Assembly: GCF_006345805.1 (NCBI RefSeq) | Contig: NC_043015.1 | Coordinates: 44,702,001 to 44,766,000 of the forward strand | Length of the DNA stretch: 64,000 nucleotides | Direction: 5' to 3' | DNA from: Octopus sinensis | Lineage: Eukaryota | Part shown: in pieces, positions 53,281-64,000 of the stretch | How positions within the stretch are numbered: the stretch's first letter is position 1 | Layout of the letters: each line of letters starts with the position of its first letter | Made by a program: the position numbers and the translations under genes | Notes under the pieces: model-generated | What the model was told of the DNA's origin: nothing | The model's database searches: none | The model's input: the letters and a program-made list of their open reading frames with translations, nothing else

Positions 53281-53492
53281 TTTACCTACACACATACCTA
53301 CCTACCTACCTACCTACCTACCTACCTACCTACCTATCTACCTACCTACCTACCTACCTACCTACCTATCTACCTACCTACCTACCTACCTACCTACCTA
53401 CATACATACAACATACATACATACATACATACATACATACATACATACATACATACATACATACACGTTTGATATTACTATTACATTATTAA

Positions 53493-54306
53493 GGAGGCGA
53501 ACTGGGAGAATCGTTAGCATGCCGGGCAAAATGCTTATCGGCATTTCGTCCTTCTCTACGTTCTGAGTTCAAATTCCACTGGGGCCTACTTTGCCCTTCA
53601 TCCTTTCGGGATCAATAAAATAAGTACTAGTTGAGCACTGAGGTCGATTTCATCGACTTAGCCCCTCCTCCGAAATTCTGGACCTTAAGCCAAAATTTAA
53701 AACTAATAATACAACAATATTATTAAGCTGGCAGAATCGTTAGCACACCGGGCGAAATGCTTAGCGGTATTTCGTCTGTCTTGACGTTCTGAGTTCAAAT
53801 TCTGCTAAGATCGACTTTGCCTTTCATCCTTTCGGGGTCGATTAAATAAGTACCAGTTACGCGTTGGGGTCGATATAATCGACTTAATACCTATGTCTGT
53901 CCCTGTTTGTCCCCTCTGTGTTTAGCCCCTTGTGGGTAATAAAGGAATAGGTATTTCGTCTGTCTTGACGTTCTGAGTTCAAATTCTGCTGAGGTTGACT
54001 TTCCCTTTCATCCTTTCGGGGTCGATTAAATAAGTACTAGTTACGCACTGGGGTCGATATAATCGACTTAATCCGTTTGTCTGTCCTTGTTTGTCCTCTC
54101 TGTGTTTAGCCCCTTATGGGTAGTAAAGAAATAGGTATTTCGTCTGTCTTTACTTTCTGAGTTCAAATTCCGCCGAGATCGACTTAGCTTTTTATCCTTT
54201 CGGGAGTGGAGGTCGATAAAATAAGTGCCAATTGAACACTGGGGTCGATTTAATCAGCTTAGCCCCCTCCCCCGAAAATCTTGACCTTGTGCCAAAATTT
54301 GAAACC
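53493..54306 (+). mobile_element. Family A SINE cluster: alternative-tail monomer, then head plus 3 units
   Basis: Heads at 53493 and 53726; junctions aataggtatttcgtc at about 53945 and 54128. Confidence 0.9.
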
Positions 54307-55214
54307 GATATTGCAATTATATTATTCTTCAAATCTTTGACAACTCGTCCGCACACACGCGCAAACATACACACCATTCTCATTATTATTATTATCATTT
54401 TGACCTTGACATCACAAGCCTTCATTGGTCTATGGCAATATTCCAGAATTATTTGCCATTAAAAAAAATCGTCCATAGCTCGATTTGACTTAACCCTTAG
54501 CTTATTTGACTTAACCCTTCAAGGCGGTGTCCCAAAATGGACGCAGTCCAATGACTGAAACTAGTAAATGGATAAACAATAAAAATTGAAAGATATCTCG
54601 GTTTCTTTTACTAAATTTAAGCAGAAAATAGTATATAGTTATTTTGCTATAAGCTTGTTACTTTGACGCAAAGAAGGATCCATCAAGTTTTATACACTTC
54701 ATTCAACTTTCCCCAATATAGATATTTCGATAAATCATTGTTTTATGTTCATATCCTTTGCATATTAAAGTTGAGTAAACTTGATCGGCCAATTAGTTTA
54801 TTGTTGCATTGAGTAAAACATCTACTTTATATAGATATTAAGTGAAAGGTCAAGTTAATTTTATTGGTGTACTTAGTGACTGAGCGATCATTTTATTGAT
54901 AAATTAAACGGGTGATAAGGATTATATTGATTGAATGAGTCTGCGACCCCGCTGACAAATCCCAAATAGCTCAATGACCAAAGTGTCGGTCTCTTGGCTA
55001 AAATGTTTTTCCGTTCGTATCCCGTTGCGTATTCTTTAATGTACTTTGGGAATGATATTGAAGTTATCCTGTCCCAGATGAAATAATAATTTGAAAGAAG
55101 GAAAGACGAGGTACCTTTAAAATAACAGGGTCTACCTACAAATGCATAAGAACTTGTGGGGTCGCATATCTACCAAGAAAAATAACGATGCATTAGTTTT
55201 TAAACTCATATTGT

Positions 55215-55650
55215 ATCAAAGACAGCGAATCAGAAGAATCGTTATCACATCGGACAAAAATTATTAACGGTATTTCTTCCGGCTTTTTATGGTCGGAGTT
55301 CAAATTTCGGCGCTGTCAGCTCTTTCCATTTCCTCTTCAGGATCGATAAAATAAAATATCAAGCCAGTACTGGGCTAGATGTAATCAACATGTCCCCTCC
55401 CTTCAAAATTCTTTTCTACTCTAGGCACAAAGCCCGAAGTTTTTGGGGAGTGGGGCCAGTCAATTAGATCGACCCCATCACGTAACTGGTACTTATCGAC
55501 CCCGAAAGGATAGAAGGCAAAGTCGACCTCGGCGGAATTTGAACTCAGAACATGAAGACAGATGAAATTCCGCTAAGCATTTCGCCCGGCGTGCTAACGT
55601 TTCTGCCAGCTCGCCGCCTCCCCCTCCCTTCAGAATTGTTGGCCTTGAAC
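55215..55650. mobile_element. Family A SINE (-, 55411-55618) nested in the tail of an older family A SINE (+)
   Basis: 17-bp TSD CCCCTCCCTTCA(A/G)AATT at 55394-55410 and 55621-55637. Confidence 0.82.
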
Positions 55651-56297
55651 CTTGCAACGGACCGACGTTTCGTTCAGAGGGAAATGTGAACTAGGTCACT
55701 TATACTTCATGAAAACTGAATAACCATCCTTATGAATCCGAAAATTCGAGAAAAAATCTTTTTTTTTTTAATTTAAACATTTCAGATCTTTGCATAAGAT
55801 TCAAGAGACTTCGTCAACTGTTTTAATTTTGTATGAAGGTGGGATTTCGCTTGTAGGCAAAGAGTTTTCTTATCCTTGCTTCAGAGGAATCTGAGAACTA
55901 TGAACCAAAAAACCAATTATGGATTTTCTGTGTGTGGTATTTTACCACCGAATCTTTTGTTGTTTTGTTTTCCTTTTTATTATCTATTTCTTGTCTACCT
56001 GTCAGATAAGTGAAATTCAAGTGTTGTTGAGTGTTTCGTCTGGGTCATAGCATACAAGCAGCTCTAATCTACATTTTATCGATGTACCTGGCGAAGAAGT
56101 TAATAGATGACCTTCATAAACAATACTGTTCGTTACCTAGTTATTTATCAACATCCAATAATAGAAATCTTGGTTTCTATGCCGCACCATTTTCACCGCC
56201 TTCAGCTTATCTGCTTTGCTATAAGGTAAAAGAAGAGGGAGCTCAACAATCCTCTTTCTCTTCTTTAAAAAATGTGATGTGACATGTTATTTGATAA

Positions 56298-56596
56298 TCT
56301 TTATAAAAGTAAGGTTGTGTGTCTGTCTCCTACGATTTAGATTCCTAACTACTCCCACATTTTGCGGTGCAGTGTAACCAAAAGCGGGTATCTTATAGTC
56401 GTGATTCATATCGAGCCCTTCTGGGTATTAGCGCGCGTCTACGATGAGTCTACGATTAAAAAAAAAAATTTACCATCATTTTTTCCCATTTTTAATGCAT
56501 TTTTTTGTTGCTATTATATAAGGAATGTAACTCTCTAAAAATGCTTATATAGTTATTTCCCCTACAAACCCGAGCTACGCCGGGCGATACTGCTAG
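56298..56596 (+). mobile_element. Non-autonomous Helitron H1
   Basis: A|TC...CCCGAGCTACGCCGGGCGATACTGCTAG|T. Confidence 0.9.
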
Positions 56597-57499
56597 TTAG
56601 CCATATATTATATTCTCTAACGAATGTACTAACTAACCAACGAACAAATAAGTAAATGAATGAATGAGCAATCACATGATTGCGGTATTCGGTTGGTACC
56701 ATTTGCAAAGGCACACGAAACCCCCTCATTTCTTACAGCCGTTTCAACTGACCTTTGTACAAAATATCTATTGCTTATTTTACAGACCTCAGAGTTATAA
56801 AAGTTTAATTTCGGCGGAACTTTGAATTGAAAGCATGGTGGAATGAAAGTAAATTCTGCGTTTAGTATGGTACTTTGATTCTCTATTGACATTTTTAAAA
56901 AAATGCCCCTATCAGTAGCCAGGTTCTCGTCTAACAGCCAAACCATTTTGAAAATACCGAATCTCTTTTGAGCTCGGTTGATGGAATTGTAATCAAGTGC
57001 TGTGAACAACCATATTTTAAAATGTAGTGGAGTAACAAATTGACAAAGCTTCGGATTAAGGACCATATGGAATGTATTTTTTGCTCTTCTTTCCGTTGGA
57101 TCCAAATCTATTTGGATTATTTTTCATTCTTTTCATCAAGGTTCCAGACAATGCCCTAAACATAGTCACAATGCTACAAATTTTTAAGCTGTTCGACATG
57201 CTTGAAAATACAGCTAAATCTCCCTTCAGTTCAAACACCATTGACTTTCAAAAGAAAACACCCATTGAATGAGCCTAGACACTAGATATACAGATTTGAT
57301 AATAGGTCTACTCTATCAGGACTGACCTAGGGCTACAAAAACAATGCCACTTATTTTTATTGTATGCCACGCTTCGTCTATGTACAACACATTTTCAGAG
57401 CTGGTATATAGAGTCGCAAAAATTCAGTTGAAGTGATCAGACGTTATTTGGGAGTGGGGATATATACATATATATTTGTGCATGTCTGTACGGGCATAT

Positions 57500-57538
57500 A
57501 TGTATGTATGCATGCATGCATGTATGTGTGTATGTATG

Positions 57539-57574
<36 letters not shown>

Positions 57575-57612
57575 TGTATGCATGTATGTATGAATTTATG
57601 AATGTATTTGTC

Positions 57613-57703
<91 letters not shown>

Positions 57704-58133
57704 CGCCTGTCTATCTGTCTGTTTGTCTGTCTATCTATCTATCTATCTACCTACCTATGTATGTATGTACGTATGTATGTATGTATGTATGTATTTATGT
57801 ATGTATGTATGAATGTATGTATGCATGTATGCATGTATGTATGTATGTATGTATGTATGTATGAATGTATGTATGTGTGTATCTATCTGTCTGTCTGACT
57901 ATCTATCCATCCATCCATCCATCCATCCATCCATCCATCCATCCATCCATCCATCCATCCACCCATCCATCCATCCATCTCTTTCTATCCAGGTAACTTG
58001 GTTGGTGTGTATGCATGAAACACATGCAAGTATTACAGTCACTGCTTTCTTATGAAAATCTTGTAGCGCGGAATTCCATGACCCGAGACGTGTTTCCCAT
58101 AGACTTTTAAGTTCATTGACTTCTATATATATA

Positions 58134-58209
<76 letters not shown>

Positions 58210-58611
58210 GCATACACACATACATTCTCTCTCAGACACACACACATTAATTCATAAGCGACTATAATTATGTACTTAGATGTATATGTTCATATGTATG
58301 ATCACTTTCCACAAATGCTAGCATACACCCGTACGTACACTCAAAATAAGTGCATATATTGCACACACACACACACACCACACACACACCACACACACAC
58401 ACACACAAACACATACACACACACACACACCACACACACACACACACACAACACACACAAGCATACACACATACATTCTCTCTCAGACACACACACATTA
58501 ATTCATAAGCGACTATAATTATGTACTTAGATGTATATGTTCATATGTATGATCACTTTCCACAAATGCTAGCATACACCCGTACGTACACTCAAAATAA
58601 GTGCATATATT

Positions 58612-58658
<47 letters not shown>

Positions 58659-59141
58659 TAAAGAGTTGTACGCATAAATATAGGATTTGCCGGAAAGCAG
58701 ACTGGAAAGATGGTTCCGGTTATGGAGGTGGGTGAGAATAACAGATATACAAAGAAAAGACAAAAAAAAAAAGCAAAACAACAATATAAAGATAGAAAAA
58801 AAGTACAAATGAAAAACTGTGTATCTGCAATGGTGAATGAACTCAGACATAAAGATATATTGAGAGAGAGAGAGAGAGAAGGAGAGAGAGAGAGAGAGAG
58901 AAGGAGAGAGAGAGAGAGAAAGAGACGAGAGTGGGTGAAAAGGGAAGAGAGAGGGGGGTGAATGAGAGAAAGTGAGAGGGGCGGGAATGCGTGCGTGTAT
59001 AGGTGTAAGAGAGGGGGGCAGAAATGAGAGAGAGAAGTAGAAGGGAAGTGAGAGGGTGTTTGTGTGAGAGTGAGGGAACAGAGAAAGAAAGAAAGAGAGA
59101 GAGAGAGAGAGCTGTAAAGCAAGAGCATAATAGCAATAGTA

Positions 59142-59202
<61 letters not shown>

Positions 59203-59231
59203 GGTGGTGGTGGTGGTGGTGGTGGTGGTGA

Positions 59232-59265
<34 letters not shown>

Positions 59266-59268
59266 GGC

Positions 59269-59300
<32 letters not shown>
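57500..59300. repeat. Compound microsatellite region (TATG, TCTA, TCCA, CA, GA, GAT, GGT) with a 251-bp tandem duplication
   Basis: tacattctctctcagac at 58221 and 58472. Confidence 0.9.
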
Positions 59301-59302
<2 letters not shown>

Positions 59303-59944
59303 GCTTTGTGTTGAGATATAAAACCACCAGCATATTTACTACAGTATCCGGTTTTCATTTCCGGTTGGAGCCACTTACAGCCCTAACGCAACGGCCCTTA
59401 CACCGCTAATAGTGCGGCCCCTTCAATCACCATCCTTGGAACAAGCATGAACGACATGACTTCCATTACTACCACCCATTTCTCCTCTCCTCTTTCTTCT
59501 CTCTCTCTTTCTCTCTTTCCGAAAAAATTAAGGATTTTCGTGCATAATCGAAAGAAATCAATACTATTGTTGTTCTTGATGTTTAGTACTCAGGTCACCC
59601 CTAATTAAACAGATCTATTTCCAAAGACATTCCAGCTGTGACCATTCCGCCTTTCATTCAGACAAGCCGTATCTTGGATTACATTATTCAGTGAGTTCTT
59701 TCTGTTTTAAAGATTGTATGTTTTGATGGAAGAGATATTTTGGCAAACCATTTCCCGTTGGCCGAATGACTACATATAGAAATCTCCCTTTCAAGGCTTC
59801 GAAGAGTCAATATTTTTTGACAATGTACCGAATGGAGGAGTAACATAGCCGAAGTGGATAGGATGTTGAATTATATACTTATAGGTTAGGTGTTCGAATT
59901 CATAGTTGACGTATCTTTGGTTCTAGAACAGAACATCTTATTCT

Positions 59945-60534
59945 TATTTCTTTATTGCCCACAAGGGGCTAAACATAGAGGGGAAAAAAACAAGGACAGA
60001 CACACGGATTAAGTCGATTATATCGACCCCAGTGCGTAACTGGTACTTAATTTATCGACTCCGAAAGGATGAAAGGCAAAGTCGACTTCGGCGGAATTTG
60101 AACTCAGAACGTAGCGGCAGACGAAATACCTATTTCTTTACTGCCCACAAGGGGCTAAACACAGAGGAGACAAACAAGGACAGACAGACGTATTAAGTCG
60201 ATTATATCGACCCCAGTGCGTAACTGGTACTTAATTTATTGACCCCGAAATGATGAAAGGCAAAGTCGACCTTGGCGGAATTTGAACTCAGAACGTAGCG
60301 GCAGACGAAATACCTATTTCTTTCCTGCCCACAAGGGGATAAACACAGAGGAGACAAACAAGGACAGACAGACGGATTAAGTCGATTATATCGACCCCAG
60401 TGCATAACTTATCGACCCCGAAAGGATGAAAGGCAAAGTCGACCTCGGCGGAATTTGAACTCAGAACGTAACAGCAGACGAAATACCGGGAAGCATTTCG
60501 TCCGGCGTGCTGACGTTTTTGCCAGCTCGCCGCC
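59945..60534 (-). mobile_element. Family A SINE, head plus 3 tandem units
   Basis: Junction gacgaaatacctatttcttt occurs twice; head gccagctcgccgcc ends at 60534. Confidence 0.93.
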
Positions 60535-61199
60535 TTGTTCTACATTCTGCCAGATCACTTAACCGTCAAAAGTAAGTATCAGGTCATCTAGAAATTTTCC
60601 CAACGATAGATTGTTGTCCCATCGAAGAATGGTTTCATCACAAATGCGCTCCACATCATGAAACTGGAGCTAACCGTCAGCCATTAAGAGACTCCTGGAG
60701 GCCTATGACACCATCTCAACGGGAGCTGGACGATCAAACTGTTTTAGACGTTTATGGACATTTCTAGGAACGTCTCCCTCATAGGTGTTAGTGGGAGTCT
60801 GTAATGGCTTCTTCGACGCACGCAAGGATTTTGTGGGAGTAGCCAATAGTATAGGAAGGTAAAAAAAATCTTCCTGAACATGTTTCCTTTCTGTCTGCTG
60901 GTATTACATTTCGTCAATGTGAACCTTCGGGGTTGATAAAATAAGTGCCTGTCGAGCAGTGGTTCTTATGCCTACAGTAGAAAGGATTATTATTAGTCAG
61001 TTGACAGAAGCGTTAATGCATCAGATAAAATGCTAAGCGACATTGTTTCTGTATTTTTTTCTCGTGCTCATGAACTCAAAAGGACGTTTACCTGGCTTCC
61101 ATGACCTATAGGTGACCGAGATCACAGCATTCTTTCCTCTCCACTGGACCAGAAAGGCACGCCGGTCCGTTGTAGGACTGAAGGCCAACCATTTTGAGG

Positions 61200-61357
61200 G
61201 AAGGGGATAAGTCGATTACATCGACCCAATACTTAACTGGCACTTTATTTTATCGATCCCGAAGGAATGAACAATAAATTTGACCTCGAGGGGTTTTGAA
61301 CTCAGAACGTAAAGTGCATTTTGTCCGACGTGCTAGCAATTGTGCCAGTTCGCTGCC
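61200..61357 (-). mobile_element. Degraded family A SINE
   Basis: gtcgattacatcgaccc...tttgaactcagaacgt. Confidence 0.75.
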
Positions 61358-61381
61358 CTTTACATTGATATTAGAGAAATG

Positions 61382-61550
61382 GAAATTAGAAAATTACTCG
61401 AAGATTTTAAGATCGATAAATCACCAGGGGATTGATGATTTATAGACTTCTTAAAGACATGGCAAATGCATTGCCAAGTTCTCAACAGTTCAGTACGGAA
61501 AGTTCATAGAGCGAAGACAGTTGCCGGACATAGACTTGTGAGGCTAACAC
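61382..61550 (+). mobile_element. CR1/L2-type LINE relic (pre-RT region)
   Basis: EIRKLLEDFKIDKSPG, frameshift, RLLKDMANA resembles L..L...KSPGPD..HPRLLKE.A. Confidence 0.55.
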
Positions 61551-61736
61551 TGAGTTTTATGTGAAATTCTGGGACATGTCTTAAGGAAACATACATCATG
61601 AACAAAAAATGTCTTAATAGAAAAAAGAGCCAGAATTTTTTTTTTTTTTTTTGTCCAGAAGATCCGTTATATATAAATGGTTAATCGTTAGCAAAAATTG
61701 GACAAGTGCAGGTGAAATGGATAAGGAAACGATATA

Positions 61737-61945
61737 CGATGGGGGTGCTGAAAATTTCCTGGTTTGGAGTAAAAGAAAATACTGGAGGGTCAGTTAATTA
61801 TTATTTTATTCAACATATTCCCCTCCCAGATTTTCAGTCCTTCCGTTCTTTCTAAGTCCTGCAAATTAATTCAGAAGGTTAGGTCCCCAACTAGGCCTTT
61901 CGCGACACCGCTAAAGCCAGGAACTTTTCAGCCACCCCCACCTCG
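61737..61945. mobile_element. Mariner-type MITE with TIRs and TA TSD
   Basis: TA|cgatgggggtgctgaaaatttcctggttt ... aagccaggaacttttcagccacccccacctcg|TA; right-half homologue at about 62445-62548. Confidence 0.82.
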
Positions 61946-62016
61946 TATAGCGTATTTTCTTGGAATTTCAAAGGGCATTCGAAAAGGTACTCTACTCGAA
62001 TAGGTTACAATTAAAA

Positions 62017-62243
62017 GGCGGCGAGCTGGTAGAAACGTTAGCACTCCGGGCGAAATGCTTAGCGGTATTTCGTCTGCCGTTAGGTTCTGAGTTCAAATTC
62101 CGCTAAGGTCGACTTTGCCTTTCATCCTTTCGGGGTCGATAAATTAAGTACCATTTACACACTGGGGTCGATGTAATCGACTTAATCACTTTGTCTGTTC
62201 TTGTTTGTTCTCTCTGTGTTTAGCCCCTTGTGGGTAGTAAAGA
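62017..62243 (+). mobile_element. Family A SINE monomer with 15-bp TSD
   Basis: AATAGGTTACAATTA at 61999-62013 and 62244-62258. Confidence 0.93.
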
Positions 62244-62682
62244 AATAGGTTACAATTATATGGTTCAAATGTTCAGAAATTGGTTTCAAATTTTGGCACA
62301 AGGTCCGCAAGGCCGTGTGTGGGGTCTAGTCGATTACATCGACCCCCGTGCTCAACTGGTACTCATTTTATGGACCCCGAAAAGATGAAAGGCAAAGTCG
62401 ACTTTGGTGGAAATTAAACTCAGATTCACACACTTATTGCAGCAGCCCTTCAGTTTTTCTAAGCCTTGTCAAAATACCCGGAAGGTTGGGCCTCCAACCA
62501 GGCTTTTCGCAATGCCCTTAAAGCCAGGAACTTTTCAGTATCCTCTTAGGGGTCGTGTTGCAACAGCGCGCCCTGTTCAGTGGTGTTGGTGATGCATCAG
62601 TTATATTGGTCTCAAATTTTGCGTAAAGGGCAGCAATTTTGTGTGATAAGATCCAGATCAGAGTCCTTAACATCATTTATCT

Positions 62683-62885
62683 TTTACTTGTTCCAATCAT
62701 TGGACTGCGGCCATGCTGGAACACCGCATCGAAGGGTTTAGTCGAGCAAATCGACTCCGGTATTTATATTTTAAGTTTGCTACTTACTCTATCGGTATCT
62801 TTTAGCCGAACCGCTCAGTAACGAGGACATAAACAAACCAAAACCGGTTGTCAAGCAGTGTGAGGGCGAACACAAAGATACACAC
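62683..62885 (-). mobile_element. Family B SINE 3' half
   Basis: ttttacttgtt...gactgcggccatgctgg...ggttgtcaagc. Confidence 0.8.
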
Positions 62886-63043
62886 ACTCACGCACGCACG
62901 CACACACAAACACACGCACATATATGTATATATGTATTGTTTATCTGTCTATCTATCTAGCTATCTATCTATACACACAGACTCACGCACGCACACACAC
63001 ACTCACACACACACACACATATACATACATACATATAAAATAA

Positions 63044-63810
63044 TTTCTATATATAAACGGCAGTTTGTCTGTCTGTGTGTCTGTGTGTCTGTTAGGTTGT
63101 ACCCTCACCCTGACCACGGCTTTCAACCGATTCTGATGAAACTTGACACACACGTAGCCCAATGTCATAATTCAAAACTAACGCAGCGAAAAATTCGACA
63201 TGGGTCGAGAATCTAAGCTTTTTATATGCAACACATTTTCTACAGACTGTCTAGGGGACGCAACTCGACCTTTTTAACTCTCGGAACACGTGGGGTAAGT
63301 ATCCCAAAATGTATAAAAATGTACAAAAACGGCAAAAAAGCGGACAGCAATGTGAGTGACAACAACGAAAAAGTCAAAAGTGACCAAAAAAGTCAAAAGT
63401 GACAAACGAATGGAAAAGGTTTTTTGATGCACACGACAAAAGCGGTTTATAATAAACCAAGAGTTTGCAATTAGCGTCCGAGGACCCTTAGGGTACGTCA
63501 AAAATTTAAGGTAAAACGTTTGGGGTGGTAGTTATAAAGAAAGTGTAAACAAAAAAAGTATTCGAATAACTTGCGGCTGCAGCAGCTATTAGCAGAAGTT
63601 GGGGGTAAAGTCTCGAATGTAATTTCTTCCTGATAGGAATTGGTTGGGTTGAATTATCGATAGCTGTTTGATAGTTATTTGGGAGTGAAGAGAAGACATT
63701 GCAACCTACACATGCGCCTTCGTTCCCTAGGGGGAAAGGACTAGATTTGGATTAGTCGTTGCCTACTCGGGGCTCTTACATACCCGGGCAACGCCGGGCT
63801 ATGCTGCTAG
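63044..63810 (+). mobile_element. Non-autonomous Helitron, H2-like 5' end and H1-like 3' end
   Basis: tctatatataaacggcagtttgtctg ... CCCGGGCAACGCCGGGCTATGCTGCTAG|T. Confidence 0.82.
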
Positions 63811-63840
63811 TAAAAAATAAATGCACCTTTTTAAAGCCTC

Positions 63841-63855
63841 GCATATATGTATGTA

Positions 63856-63914
<59 letters not shown>

Positions 63915-64000
63915 ATGTGTGTGTGTGTGTGTGTGTATGTTTGTGTGTCTTTGTTTGTCCCCCCAATATCGCTTGACAACCGATGGTGGTGTGTTTACGT
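63841..64000 (+). mobile_element. Family B SINE internal part, running off the window
   Basis: TA/TG tract followed by tttgtcccccc...cgcttgacaaccgat. Confidence 0.8.

Noticed and set aside
55655-55710. Another hammerhead candidate (GAAACGTC with GTTCA/TGAAC stem)
   Set aside because: No recognisable CUGANGA core or stem I
56629-57105. Cys-loop/chemotactile receptor assignment for the 158-aa ORF
   Set aside because: Cys spacing is 16 rather than 13 residues and the similarity is too vague to name a family

Overview
This is AT-rich, repeat-saturated eukaryotic DNA, almost certainly from an Octopus genome. That call rests on recognising octopus-type tRNA-derived SINE families and the very high microsatellite density; it is recognition, not a database search. 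No intact protein-coding gene can be supported. Nearly all ORFs in the track are microsatellite artefacts or decayed transposon fragments. The window contains: four tRNA-headed SINE families (working names A, B, C, F), several as tandem or nested copies; Dong/R4, RTE and CR1-like LINE relics; two mariner relics, a mariner MITE, a hAT-Charlie relic and a probable Tc2/pogo end; six non-autonomous Helitrons; a 5S rRNA-derived copy; two minisatellites; and a 100-N gap. The most interesting signals are: (1) Penelope-like repeats with covarying minimal type I hammerhead ribozyme folds and non-canonical cores, plus a canonical-core hammerhead at the foot of a ~215-bp-arm foldback; (2) a SINE that appears to retrotranspose as a pre-formed multimer of 184-bp units; (3) a 5S-head/SINE-tail chimera; (4) stacked and mosaic Helitrons, one carrying a possible captured splice acceptor. 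A few weak minus-strand exon candidates could belong to an unrecognised host gene. Boundaries of degraded repeats are approximate.
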